Shown: positions 12,001 through 24,000 of the stretch, piece by piece
Numbering within the stretch: the stretch's first letter is position 1
Layout: each line of letters starts with the position of its first letter
DNA from: Magallana gigas
Taxonomy: Eukaryota
DNA: 64,000 nucleotides
Direction of reading: 5' to 3'
Assembly: GCF_963853765.1 (NCBI RefSeq)
Contig: NC_088854.1
Span: forward strand, 7,750,001 to 7,814,000
Translations under genes and position numbers: made by a program
The notes under the pieces: model-generated
Database searches by the model: none
Seen by the model: the letters and a program-made list of their open reading frames with translations, nothing else
Told to the model about the DNA's origin: nothing

Positions 12001-14277
12001 ATTATGAACTGTATATTTTAGAATTTTATTTTGCTGCAAAAGCCTTCTAGTATGATAAGGCTGCATGTAACTTAAACTTTTATAATAAATAAGATTTGGA
12101 AAAAATCATTAATTTTTGTCAGAAGAAAGATTTCTCTTCTAAGGAATATATAGCAGATCAATTTTTTGTACAGGACGACAATAATTCAAATTTGCTTCAA
12201 TTTAGGCTTCTAAACGGCTTTTTCCACAAAAATAAGGCTAGCAGAAATTTAAGAACCATTATGATGGTAATTTTGTCATTTTATAAAGTAAATAACATTT
12301 TCATAACAAAAAATTTTAGCATTAAAACTGCAGCTCATATTGCTTTAAGTTTGTTTGAATCATGCTCCCCAGGGGTAGGGTGGGTCCACAATGGGGGTTA
12401 AATTTTAAATAGGAATCTATTATAGGGAAAATCTTGAAAAATCTTTTTCTCCAAAACTATGAATATTTGGCCAGAAGAAGTTCATGGCCACAATGAGGGG
12501 TTAAATCTTTACCTAGAAATTTGTAAGGGAAAATCATTAAAATCTTCTTCTCAAAAACCATTTTCCCAGTAAAATTGAAACTTATGTGGAACATTTTATT
12601 AAACAAGATTTTGCTAGGTAAGTTGAATCATATATAGAAGCAATAATTATTTCTCCGGTAGTGTTATGTCAAATTTGTTTAAATCATTGTCCCTGGAGTT
12701 AAGGTGGGGGCTACAATGCCACAATTTTTACATGGAATACACGTATGTAGAGAAAAATCTTTCAAAATCATAATCTTTAATAATGGGGACTCAATGTTAA
12801 AAAATGTACATAAGAACCCCCCCCCCCCCCCCCCCAAAAAAAAAAAACAAAACAAAAAAAAACCCCATCATAATTGTACAAATATTTTAGTATTTTATAA
12901 ATTAAAGCTGTTTGGATCACAGTTATGTAAGTTTCCTATTATTGCTCAGGTAAGCAATGTTGCCCCATGACCCCTTTTTTTTTTTACATTACTTCAGAAT
13001 TTGGAATATCACAATAAATAAAAACCTAGATATTTAGATACATTAATCTTGACATGATATTCAGTTATGGTCAGGTTCAACAAATCTACTACATGTGTAT
13101 TACAAATTATCTGTACATATTATATAAGTCATTTATTTCTTAACAGTATCAACTTGATTCTCTTAAAAGGCAAAACCCTAGAAAGACTGCCAACAAGAGA
13201 TTTTTAAGCAACATGTTGGTCAGCACATTGCGCAATCCTCTCCAGAGGAACAGTCATACTGCTGGATCAGAGAGAGGGAGGCATGACAGACACCTTGATT
13301 CTGACAGATTGGGGAGTCACAGGGACCAGAAATATTCTCAGGGAGAGAGGAAGGACAGCTCATCAGAGTCCGACAGGAAAAAACATCAGAGTCCGCAGGA
13401 TTTTGAGAGGAGCCAAAAAATTGAGAGGCATGAGAAAACAAGGGAAAATTTTCATCATAGAGCGAGGCGTTCCTCAGAATCTCCAGAGTATTTAAATAAA
13501 GGTAAAGAACTAGGTAGACAAAATGAAAGAAAAAATGGTAGTAAGAGAAATTATTCTTCTGACCGAAAGTCTTATCGGGATGAAAGCCAAAGGAGTTATC
13601 CTAAAGTAAGGAAAGGTGATGAAGGAAGTAGAGATCATAGAGAAAAGTCATGGCTTCACGGGGAAGGGCCTCCCCGTGACCTCAGAGATGTATACCACAA
13701 GGATTACATGGAGTACATACAGAATTATAAGAAACACATGAATTACTTTGAAAAAATGGAGGAGAAGGAACTGCATCAAAAACATTCAAGGTCATATCAG
13801 TCTGAAGAAAGAGAGACATGTTTGTACAAAACTAAGGAGGAAAGGCACTCACCAGAAAGTAAAATGCACCAAAAATCTAAGAAATCTAAGAAGAAAAGAA
13901 GAAAGATATCTAGTGAAAGTGATGACAACCCAAGTAGTGATTTCCCAGAATTTGGAGAGAAATGTCATGAAAAAAATAACTCAATCTTGAAGAGCAAGGG
14001 AAAACCAAGAAACAAAACAAAAAAGTCTGATGAAAAACTTCATAAATCTGCAAAGAAGAAAATGAAATCTGCAAAAATATTTGTAGATTCAAGTCCAAAG
14101 GAGGGTGTAAATCTGGGTGAGAAGCTGGAAAGTGACAGTTCAGTAGAAAGTGTTGATGGATTAAAGGGGGACTACTCTGATTTGTCTAACTTTACAGGGA
14201 CATTTCCAAAAGGAAAAAAGTCAAAACACAAAAAGCACAAGGATAAAAAGAGAAAAAAATATACCAAGGAAAATTAA
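9020..14277 (+). CDS. POLR1D: POLR1D isoform-2-like protein (not the RPAC2/AC19 polymerase subunit) with long Lys/Arg/Ser/Glu-rich low-complexity C-terminus, ~406 aa
   Basis: Exons 9020-9057, 11432-11506 and 13170-14277 join in frame to MAAPSLTDEDLEQMAMDEILKETKRNSERAKEFGSLGWQNPRKTANKRFLSNMLVSTL. This matches, from recall, the human POLR1D isoform 2 pattern (..ELERKAIEELLKEAKRGKTRAETMGPMGW...TNKRFLINTIKNTL). The symbol refers to that isoform only. Confidence 0.8.
9365..10030. repeat. Degenerate AACTATAGTT-rich repetitive tract in POLR1D-like intron 1
   Basis: Many ACTATAGTT/CATAGTTT variants and a ~70-bp internal direct repeat (about 9437-9500 versus 9957-10020). Confidence 0.6.
12340..12975 (+). 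mobile_element. Degenerate satellite-bearing Helentron/HINE-like element fragment
   Basis: Repeated GGGGTTAAAT..ATAGGGAAAATCTT units and a 3' end GCTCAGGTAAGCAATGTTGCCCCATG typical of this class. Family assignment is from recall. Confidence 0.5.
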
Positions 14278-14387
14278 ATATTCTAATGAAAAAATACCTG
14301 TATAACTTAATTTATTGATATAAATATGAATGGATAAAATTAATGTTTTTATTTTGTTTTATCCTTATCTTTTATAGATAGGTAAAT

Positions 14388-14560
14388 TTAGCTACAAGTA
14401 ACTGGCTATTAGTAACTGGCTACGAGAAGTAAGAAGAGCTAGTTACTAGTAACTGGCTACGAGATGAAATAAAAGTTGGCTACTATAGTAACTGGCTACG
14501 AGAATTAAGAAAAGCTAGCTACTAGTAGCTGGCTACAAGGTGAAAGAAACTTGACTACTA
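14388..14560. repeat. Imperfect ~40-bp minisatellite (TAGTAACTGGCTACGAG core) downstream of the POLR1D-like stop
   Basis: The core motif recurs about five times. Confidence 0.75.
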
Positions 14561-15119
14561 CATGTAGTTACTGTCAAAGTGAGAAATTAGGATTTCTATC
14601 TGTGTTCTTAATATGTACATTTCACTATAACATCATTTACTCATATTCCTCTCATACTCTCATCGGTAATTGGTGCATTTCGTTTAAAATATCTCTATTT
14701 TAGACGATATTGTCCATTTGACTCAAGTAGCTGTACTTAAGATTGAAAATATCATGTATTCCATGTAATTTGAGTGCATGTGTAACACACATGCGTTTAT
14801 TTCATGCATTACGGAAAGTGGAGGGGGGGGGGGGGGGGGGTTTAAGGTCGGGATCGGATATCGAAGTACGCATAGAATTTAAATCGAAAGTAGAAAAAGG
14901 ACTTTCCCATGGAGACTTAATCTGGTAGACTTAACCTGATCGGCACAATTATTCATAAGGTGTGTTGTACGTAATGAATTGAAACATAACAATAACGTAA
15001 ATAACAGAGATTGGCAACTCCGCCATTTGCGTGTTTTGTTGTTGAAATATGTTACGGGAACAACCTTACTTTGAGAACTACAAAAACAGTAAATTGATAT
15101 ATTCAAATATTGATCTTAA

Positions 15120-15621
15120 AGGGGCATGGTCACGATTTTGGTCAAAAATTATTATTTTTCCGATTTTAATGTTTACAATGCTTCAGTTAGGCATTTCTAA
15201 TAGGCAACCAAAATTTGAGTGTCATTCGTTGAGTTATAAGCGATTTACAGAGCTTAAAATTCTTTGCCATGTAAAACAAAACCTTTGTTTACATTATGAG
15301 TGTTGAAGTGAAAATTCCAGTTTTAGATAAAAAATGAATGTGCTAAACGTTACGAACTGTTAATCTATGATTTAAATGAATAAAAAGATAGACAAATCAG
15401 CTTGAAAAATACTTTTAATTGGTATATTGACTCTATGTAAACAAAACAGGGCACAAGCCTTGTTTACATGACAAAGAATTGTGAGCTCAGTATATTTCTT
15501 ATAACTCCATGAATGACTCTCAAATTTTATTTGATCATTGAAAATGCCTTTTTAAAGCATTGATCATGAAAATAATAAAATCAGAAAATTAGAATTTGGC
15601 CAAATTCGTGACCATGCCCCA
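15120..15621. mobile_element. ~500-bp TTAA-flanked MITE (Kolobok-like), TIR AGGGGCATGGTCACGA
   Basis: TTAA|AGGGGCATGGTCACGATTTT ... TCGTGACCATGCCCCA|TTAA. TTAA duplication with purine-purine termini is characteristic of Kolobok. Confidence 0.85.
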
Positions 15622-15625
15622 TTAA

Positions 15626-15977
15626 GGTGGCTCACTACACCGTGAAATATTTTCTCAGATCAGCAAAAAATTACTTGATTATGATAGATATCATAATGGA
15701 TAAGAAGTATATACATTGTAAGTCTAATAGGCAAAAAAATGTGGAATTTTGGATTAAAAATTACATTTTCAAAAATTTAATAATTCAGTAAACATGAACG
15801 AAAGCTCCAGGCGGATTCGAACTCATGATCTGCAGTTCAGAAGTCCAATACATTAATCACTGAGCTACGACGATATACAACCCAATCGAACGATATAAAC
15901 AGTTTAACAAAACAATTAAATTGCCATCTTGTGACGTAGTGTCTTAAAATGTATAAGTGTAGGTGTAGTGAGGTACC
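15626..15977. mobile_element. ~350-bp TTAA-flanked MITE, TIR GGT(GG/AC)CTCACTACACC
   Basis: TTAA|GGTGGCTCACTACACC ... GGTGTAGTGAGGTACC|TTAA. Confidence 0.8.
15803..15872 (-). pseudogene. tRNA-derived relic (Arg-TCT-like) inside a MITE
   Basis: The minus strand reads GTCGTAGCTCAGTGATTAATGTATTGGACTTCTGAACTGCAGATCATGAGTTCGAATCCGCCTGGAGCT, with A-box TAGCTCAGTG, B-box GTTCGAATCC and ATTGGACTTCT as in tRNA-Arg(TCT). The stems pair poorly. Confidence 0.6.
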
Positions 15978-16469
15978 TTAAACCCAAAGTATATTGTTTT
16001 TATGAAAATTGTGCATAGGATTTAGAAGTTTTTTGAAACATTAAATTAAAAAATAGGATTAATATATAGAAAATATATAGGCCAGCTATAAAACTTTGGT
16101 AAAATCTTAGACAATGGGTAGCCAACTGCCACCTGAAACTCTTCTTTTAATATTTTTTATAAGACACAATCTCATGAAAATATAATAATTAGAATATTTT
16201 GATAATAGGATTTAGCAGTTTTTATTTCGATATATTTGTTTAATAGAAAAACATACTGATTTGAACTGGGAATACTTTACAATAAGGACAGCGAGATTTC
16301 AATCAGTTGCCAATCTCTTTTATTTATGTCTCTGGTGGCAGTCATTCTGTCACATTTAAATCACAACTGAGGTTATCATTTGTAAATATTACCAACATTG
16401 TGTTCAAAATCGTAGAGTGCATTTAACTAGCTGCAAAACTTTTGCTCCCCTGTATAAAAAAAAAAAGAT

Positions 16470-16711
16470 TTTGTGATTGCAGAGATCTGCCACCACACGT
16501 CAGATAATGATGTTGTCGACTTGTCAGATGTTTATGTGGACTTGTCAGCTAATAATCATTTTGACTAAAAATTCAATGTTTTGTTGTCAAAGCGCGTTAG
16601 TGCCACTAACTGCCATATTTACTTGTCTTCATAATATCTGACAAGTCGACATAAAGATCTGACAAGTTAACATAACTATCTGACAGGTGGTGGCAGAAGT
16701 AAGACACCATA
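16470..16711. mobile_element. Short MITE with TCTGCCACCA TIRs and internal GACTTGTCAG sub-repeats
   Basis: TCTGCCACCA (16486) ... TGGTGGCAGA (16697), with mirrored GACTTGTCAG / CTGACAAGTC repeats. Confidence 0.7.
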
Positions 16712-18042
16712 CAGATGAGATTTTAAATGGTTGTTTGTTTATAACACACGGCCTCATCAAAGTATAATTTATAGCTGCAAGTCTGAAGCTCTTAGACCAC
16801 TAAAAATACCAGTTGACATGCTGTAGAGCAAAAGTATTTCATATACAAAAACAACTATCAATTTACGGCACACAAAAACTTACCTATTTGTTTGTATTTG
16901 CTTGATAAGCTTATATAATTTCCTAATAGTAATCAGTCATCCTGTACAAATAGTTGATACCAAAACATTCCTCAGACATAATTTTAATTGACACTGAAAT
17001 GTCATTATTTTACATGACTTCAAAATTCTTTTAAATAACATCCCCAGCCCTGAAAAGAGAAATAATGGGGTTTGTTTACATGTAAAAATGTTTCAAATGG
17101 CCTGTGACCTTTATATACTTAACTTGTGAATTAAACATATTCTTTACTCTCTGAGGTTGGATAGCATGGTTGAAAGTAGGTCTGAGGCAAGTAAAGTAAT
17201 GGCATAAGTAGTAAATTGCCTGAAAAATGTTAAAGTATTATGTATTTACACAGAAATGTAATACTATTACGAAATGAATTTGAGGCTATATGATTAGTAA
17301 AAAACTAGGGTAGGTTTTTGCGAGCTGTAAATTGTAAGTTTTTTGTGTTTAAAGCACTAGATATGAAGATTCTATCATTACGTTGACAACATAATTGACA
17401 ATAAATGTGATTTATAAATATAAAATGGCAATATCTCCTTCTCCTTACACTGAGAAATCTCAACACTCAATTGTCCAGGCACCCTGTAGTGATCAGTCTG
17501 TCTTTCCTTCCATCTGAGATCACTTGTCTGGAGCATATTTTTTTTCTCTTTGTCTCCACAGAGTGCCTTTGGTTAAAGGGTGTACAGTAACTTTGAACAA
17601 AGTTTCTAGGTCAAAGGTCTACACCATGGCAGAAATATGTGAAAAAGCCTTGTCCGGATCTTATATTCCCTTCCCTCAGTCCAACCAGGCTTGTACTTCA
17701 CCAACAGAATATGTGCCTTTGGTCAAAGGATGTACAGTTACCTTGAGTTTTAGACTAAACATTATTTCCCATTGGCTTAATCTTGCTCATAAACCCCAAA
17801 TATGCCTGTTGGTATTAATTTTCTATGCCAACCTGAAAATTTTTAAGTCATAGGTCAGTGTCAAAGCAAAATCTGAAGTGCTTTTATTCTATTTTCCATT
17901 ATTAAAGGGGACCCTTTGAGATGGTCCACATCTCAATGATGTCTACCCGATAGTTCAAAATATTTTGCTCTGTTTCAGCCAACATGCAGTTCTTAAGGGA
18001 CTGAAGTAAACACAACACTAAACCTTTTTAAAGAAATTGAAG

Positions 18043-21000
18043 ATGTCAAAAAGAAGAGGAAAGACACATGATCGGGAAAGTACTAAAGGTGACATTCCAG
18101 ATACATGTATATCTGATGAAATTCCAGAAATATCTGATGATGACTCTCCAGGGACTATGAGGAAAGAAGACCCTGGCTACCTGGCTCCTTTATCTACAGA
18201 ATCAAAATCTTGGACACAAAAATTTATGCTTAAATTAACACAGGAAATAAAAGCCAATCCATTTTGGAATGATCTGAAGTTTTGGATCCTGATAGGAACT
18301 TTTCTTGCTTTTCAATTGTATGTACTGGTACAGAACTTTCTCATTTTTAAGGTTGCTCACTGCATCATGAAATATCATAAAATAATTTCTCAAATCAGCA
18401 GAAAATTACTTGATTATGATAGATAGCCATATATATATATATATATACTGTTAAAGCAAAAATATTCATTGAGGATTTAATTTCCTTAATTCCTTTGGCA
18501 GTATAAATCAACAAAATTAAATCCATGACAAATTATTTAAACCAAGTATTAATGATTACAAAGATATTACGATATGACAATATTAAATGCTAACGAAATT
18601 CTCTGGTATTAAAACAACGAAGTTTTAACCCAACGAAAATATGTGTTTCTACAGTATATAGTTTTATTTCTTTGTATAAAAGGACATATTTTCATAGATT
18701 ATTAAATCATAATATATATATATCCTTTATTTCTTTTTCCTTTAAAAAAAATGTCTCCTCACAACAAATTTTATTTATATGCTTACCTAAGCTGAAAGCT
18801 CATGCAAGTAAGCTGTTTTGATCACTGTTTTTTAGATATGTGTGTGTCCCTCTATCTGTCCTAAATAAGCTAAATTAAACAATCTATTTTTGATTTCTTC
18901 TTCAGATTTACTCATTTAACTTTAATAAACCTTAGCACTTCCATTCAAGAATGAGGCTAGCTGTTGAGAAGGGAGATAACTAAAAAAGAATGAAAATGTT
19001 ATGGGTCAACCATTAATATTTCAAAAATCTTCTCAAGAATTTAATAATCTGTCAAAAATTTTACAGACTAAAGCTAGCTTCTTGAATTTTGTTGAAATCA
19101 TGACCCCAGGAAAACCTGATGGGGTTCTAAGTTTATTATGAAAATAGATAGAAAACGTACAACTCTTAATTAAATACTTCTTGAAGGGCGATAACTCTAA
19201 AGATAAAAAATTATGCAATCTATAATTTATAGATCGGGTGAAAAAAACCCAAAAACAAATTCAACGTCCTTGGCTAGTAGAGATTTAGGACCTTTACCTT
19301 AAATCACATTGTACATGTACTTTAAATTTACTTAATTTTCAGAATGACAGTTGCATATTTTATAAATTCAATGGAGAACAAGATCACAAATTTGAAATCC
19401 TGCCAAAAAAGAATTGCAAATTCAGACAAATCTTTATCCTGTTCAGACTGTATGTGCATTGCTACGGATGGATTTTCTTCAAAAGAGTTTGAAGATGTCA
19501 TTGAGAATCAAAAGAAAGATAGAAAAAAATATCAGGAATTGGAAAAAGCAAATGTTGATTTGCTAAGTCAGTTGTCAAAATATCAGGAACAAGTAGCAGA
19601 GTTTAAAGAAACGATATCAGAGTTTAAAACAAAGTGCAGTGATGATCATGTTACTAAACTTTTTGGTATAAACTGGAAGAAGGAAAAAGATATTTTTACC
19701 AAAGAAATTGAGAAGGCAGAGACATCATATAAAGTTTCACTGGATGAAGTTCAAAGCAATGTCGAAAAAAATTCTCAAAATGTTTTCTCTCAAATAGAAA
19801 AACAACGCAAGGAAATCACTGAATTTAAAGGTATTTGCTTTTAACATTGATCTTTTCAGGGGCCTATTATGTTATGCATTTTAACAGAAGATAATGTTAG
19901 AATTAATTAAGTAAAATTCTTTGCATATTAGTGCACTTTGCACTTTGAGGGGGAAAATATAATCTTTTAAGAATTATGATGTTTTATTAAAAAGAGTTAA
20001 TTATATTAACACAAGTAATTCTTTTTTGATTTAAGAAAAAATTCAGCCAGTAGATGATTTGAAAGCACAGTTTGAAGAAAAAATGGATAAAGTCAATGAT
20101 GAATTAAACAATTTGTTAGATAAATACCAGTCATTGGAAAAAAAGCAAAAATTTGAAGAAGAGAGAATTAATTCTACTGAAAAGAAACTTGGTGGGGTAG
20201 AAAGACAACAAAATTACGTCTTCAAAGAAATCAATGACATTCGTAAGTATCAACATCAGCATGCATGATACGTTGAATATTTGTTATGAGAAATAATGAT
20301 TGGATTGTTTCAAATAATATTTCTCAAAAATGGTAGACATTGCCAGTTTAATACATTTCATTTGATAATATACAGTTATTGACTGGGTATGAGGGCAACA
20401 TATGATTTGTTGGACCTAAAGACACAAATGTCGCCGAAGGCCAAAGACAGAGGAAAACATTTCATACAAGTCTGATTTGAAATGGCAAACAGCCATTTAT
20501 GTTGCGAAGCCCTTTGGCAATTTCAAATCCTAAAGACCTGTTGAATTGAATTCGCATTCTTTTTGCTAGACTTTTTGTTACTAAAAACTATATAGAAGAA
20601 TATTTATAATGGCATATTAACTATTCTGTTTACTTGAAAGTGACCCGATCTGCAGACAGAGTCACATTTTGCATAAAAAAAATAGAATCAAGTTAAAAGA
20701 AGTGTCCTTTATATTCACGGGCATTGGAACAGGGACAGCAGAGCTGGTGGTAACCATCCCAATACCTTTGCCAAATAAAATGTACATCAAATTTGTAATG
20801 GTGATATATGCTCAATGGAGTGGCTAAAGTAATCATGGCTACTTCTGACCAATGGAACAGCTTAAAGTGTATTGAAGTAAACTATTCTGTTTATACACGT
20901 GATAGCTTTCAAAAAGCTTGCCAGACTGAACAAAATTATTCCATGGAAGCATGAATGTATCAATTTGGATATTTTATAAGAAATGGATTTAAATTTTCGC

Positions 21001-24000
21001 TGCTGATCATTTATTCATCAAAGGAGCTTGCAGATTTAGGAAGTAACTTCAGTCTTTTTTCATCGTGCATGTACATGTATGCAACTTGAAATTACATGTA
21101 AATTATTTCATTATTATGCCCCCCTTCGACCCCCCTTCGAAGAAGGGAGGGCATATTGCTTTGCTGCTGTCTGTCAGTTTGTCAGTCTGTCGTTCGGTCG
21201 GTCCACCAACAGTTTCAGTTCATTTTCTTCGCAGAGGATGAACATATTGAAATTAAATTTGGTATACAGGTTTATCATGATAATATCTAGGTTAAATTTG
21301 ATATTGGGTATGATCAGGCTATTTTCGACAGAGTTATGGCCCTTGGACATAGAAAAATTTCAGTTATTTGCAGTTTCCGCTCATTTTCTTTGCAGAGGAT
21401 GAATATATTGAAATGAAATTTAGTGTACAGGTTTATCATGATAATATCTAGCTTTAGTTTGATATTGGGTACGATCAAGATATTTCTGACAGAGTTATGG
21501 TTCTTGGATGTAGAAAAATTCCAGTTATTTGCAGTTTCCACTGATTTTCGTCGCAGAGGATGAACATATTGAAATGAAATTTAGTATACAGGTTCATCAT
21601 GATAATATCTAGGTCAAGTTCGATATTGGATACGCTTGAGCAAATTTTCGACAGAGTTATGGCTCTTGGACGTAGAAAAATTCCAGTTATTTGCAGTTTC
21701 TGTTCATTTTCTTCGCAGAGGATGAACATATTGAATGAAATTTAGTATACAGGTTCATCATGATAATATCTAGGTCAAGTTTGATATTGGTATCGCTCGA
21801 GCAATTTTGACAGAGTTATGGCTCTTGGATGTAGAAAAATTCTAGTTATTTGCAGTTTCCGCTCATATTGATAAGAAATTTAGTATACACAGACAGGTTT
21901 ATCTAATTAATATCTAGGTCAAGTTTGATTTAGGGTATGATAAAGCAATTTTCTAAAGAGTTATGCCCCTTGGACTTAAAAAAAATTCCAGTTATTTGCA
22001 GTTTACGTTCATTTTCTTTGTGGATGTTTCCAAGGGAGGGGGGCATACGTGTTTCACAAACATCTGTTGTTTCAAATTATTTTAGGAATGTATCAAATTA
22101 TTGCATGTAAGCTTGAAAACGGAAGATAAAACAGTCAAATTTAGATTGTATTAGTTTAAATAATAATAGATATTTTTAAGCTTTTGAGTCAATATGATCC
22201 CAATTCTCATGATCCCAATTTGGACTTGAACACTAATTGGCATGCAAAAACTATGAATGAGACATAATGGTGCAAAGTCCTGCTTTACTTTCCACGCAAC
22301 AGCTGAGATTTCAATCTGATGGTTTGAATGAACTCATCAATTGGCGTAGATCCATGGGGAAGATGGGGGTCAAATGAATTTTTTTGGCATTTGTTTTTAA
22401 CAACTTCATATTATATACTTTGGATCGAATGTTATCGAATTAACATACATACTTGACTAGTAATTGTTTAATGTACACTTAGTAAGTCACCCATGTGCTT
22501 TTCAGGATGAATGAAATTGCCCAATTGATAAAAAATTTGGTCAGACCATGTTTGGCGTTAGTTCTCCCGGTAAATATTCAAGCTAAATGAATATATATTT
22601 GTTTTTATCCAAACTGATGATTCTTTGTTAATGATGATAATCCAACACCAATTACACCAATAGCTCACTGTTACTTATTACATCCATTTAACATTTTCAT
22701 CAATTGTGAATTTAAATATTGGCACATTAAACATGCATCGGTTTATTTTTTTAATGAAAAATCTTGATATTGCTTGCTCCCATTGCCAGACTGTTTTGAG
22801 AAGGCAACTTTGAAACTTTAGATATGCCTGATGCATGATGTCAGGCAGCAAACACAACATGACTTGCATGTGATGACTAAAGTATAGTTAATCGGCTAAC
22901 CAATAGATGTGACTGGAGAATAATCAGGGTTCTTAGTTTGCTGCAATTTTTTTTTCTGTAAAGAAATCTTTAGTATTGAAACCAAATGTTTCCTCTTATT
23001 TTTTTTTTTTAGATTTATACATTATCCTGTTCCTTGTTGTGGTGGTGATTGCTGTCATCTTTGCATCCCAAAAACTACTGCTTTATAGACAACCTTCTCA
23101 TACAGCTGAAAGAACAGTCTACCCGGTAGAGGCAATGTCGATGAGGTCAGGTCCAAACCAGAGAGTAGGAGGACAGGAAGTGGTATGAGTGTTCTATCAC
23201 TTTGTCAGATAACTCTGCTGTTTTCAGATTCTTGAAAAAAGATAGTGTTATTTAACATAGAGTTTTTAATGTACAAAACAAGTTTGATACAAGTAGCTAC
23301 TGAGTTTTTCACTTGAGTCGACCCAGGTTGACCCAATTTGTTTTTATTTTATCAACAGTTTTCAGTAAATGTCAAATATCGTAAGTTTTTAGAAACTCCA
23401 ATATCAATTATTATCTTTTTTTCTGATCAATAACAGTAGAAAACATCTTCACGATTTAAATAATCAAATTAAGATTAGATCGTTTGATCATGCAATCACA
23501 TAAGGTCTCACTTAACACAATAAGTAACATTTTAGATATCCAGTTATATTCTTGATAGCAAGTTTTGCTAGTGGTTCAAATCTAGCTGGCAGATTGCCAG
23601 TGTGCATCTGCTTGACTATATCTAATAGGTCATTCAGTTGTGACAATCTAATGGGTTCCTCTAGATCCTTGTGTAGCATTTTACAAGAAGAAATCCAAAG
23701 ATAAGATTTTAATCAGATTGAATTTTGGGCAGATTGTTGATACCCGGTATATAGTTTATAGTTAATTGATCATGTTGAACCTAGTACTTACTATTGATAA
23801 TATGTGCTCCTTTCAGTCTCGCGCTGAACTTCTTGCAAAAGTTTCTAGCAAAAAATTGGAGAAAGGGATTGGTATTATAAGCTTTCACTCCTCTACTCAG
23901 GAGTTCCATCAGAACCTTTTGAGAGTAGTTCCTAAACCCCATTCTCTGCCTATGCAGGTAATGAAATAGATATTTTACATGTTTGTTCGGTGGATTTTCA

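Larger units (their letters stand above)
14996..16334. mobile_element. Second copy of the 6541-7013 MITE, split by two MITEs inserted at one TTAA
   Basis: 15009-15119 and 15978-16334 align with 6560-6660 and 6660-7013 respectively. Confidence 0.8.
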
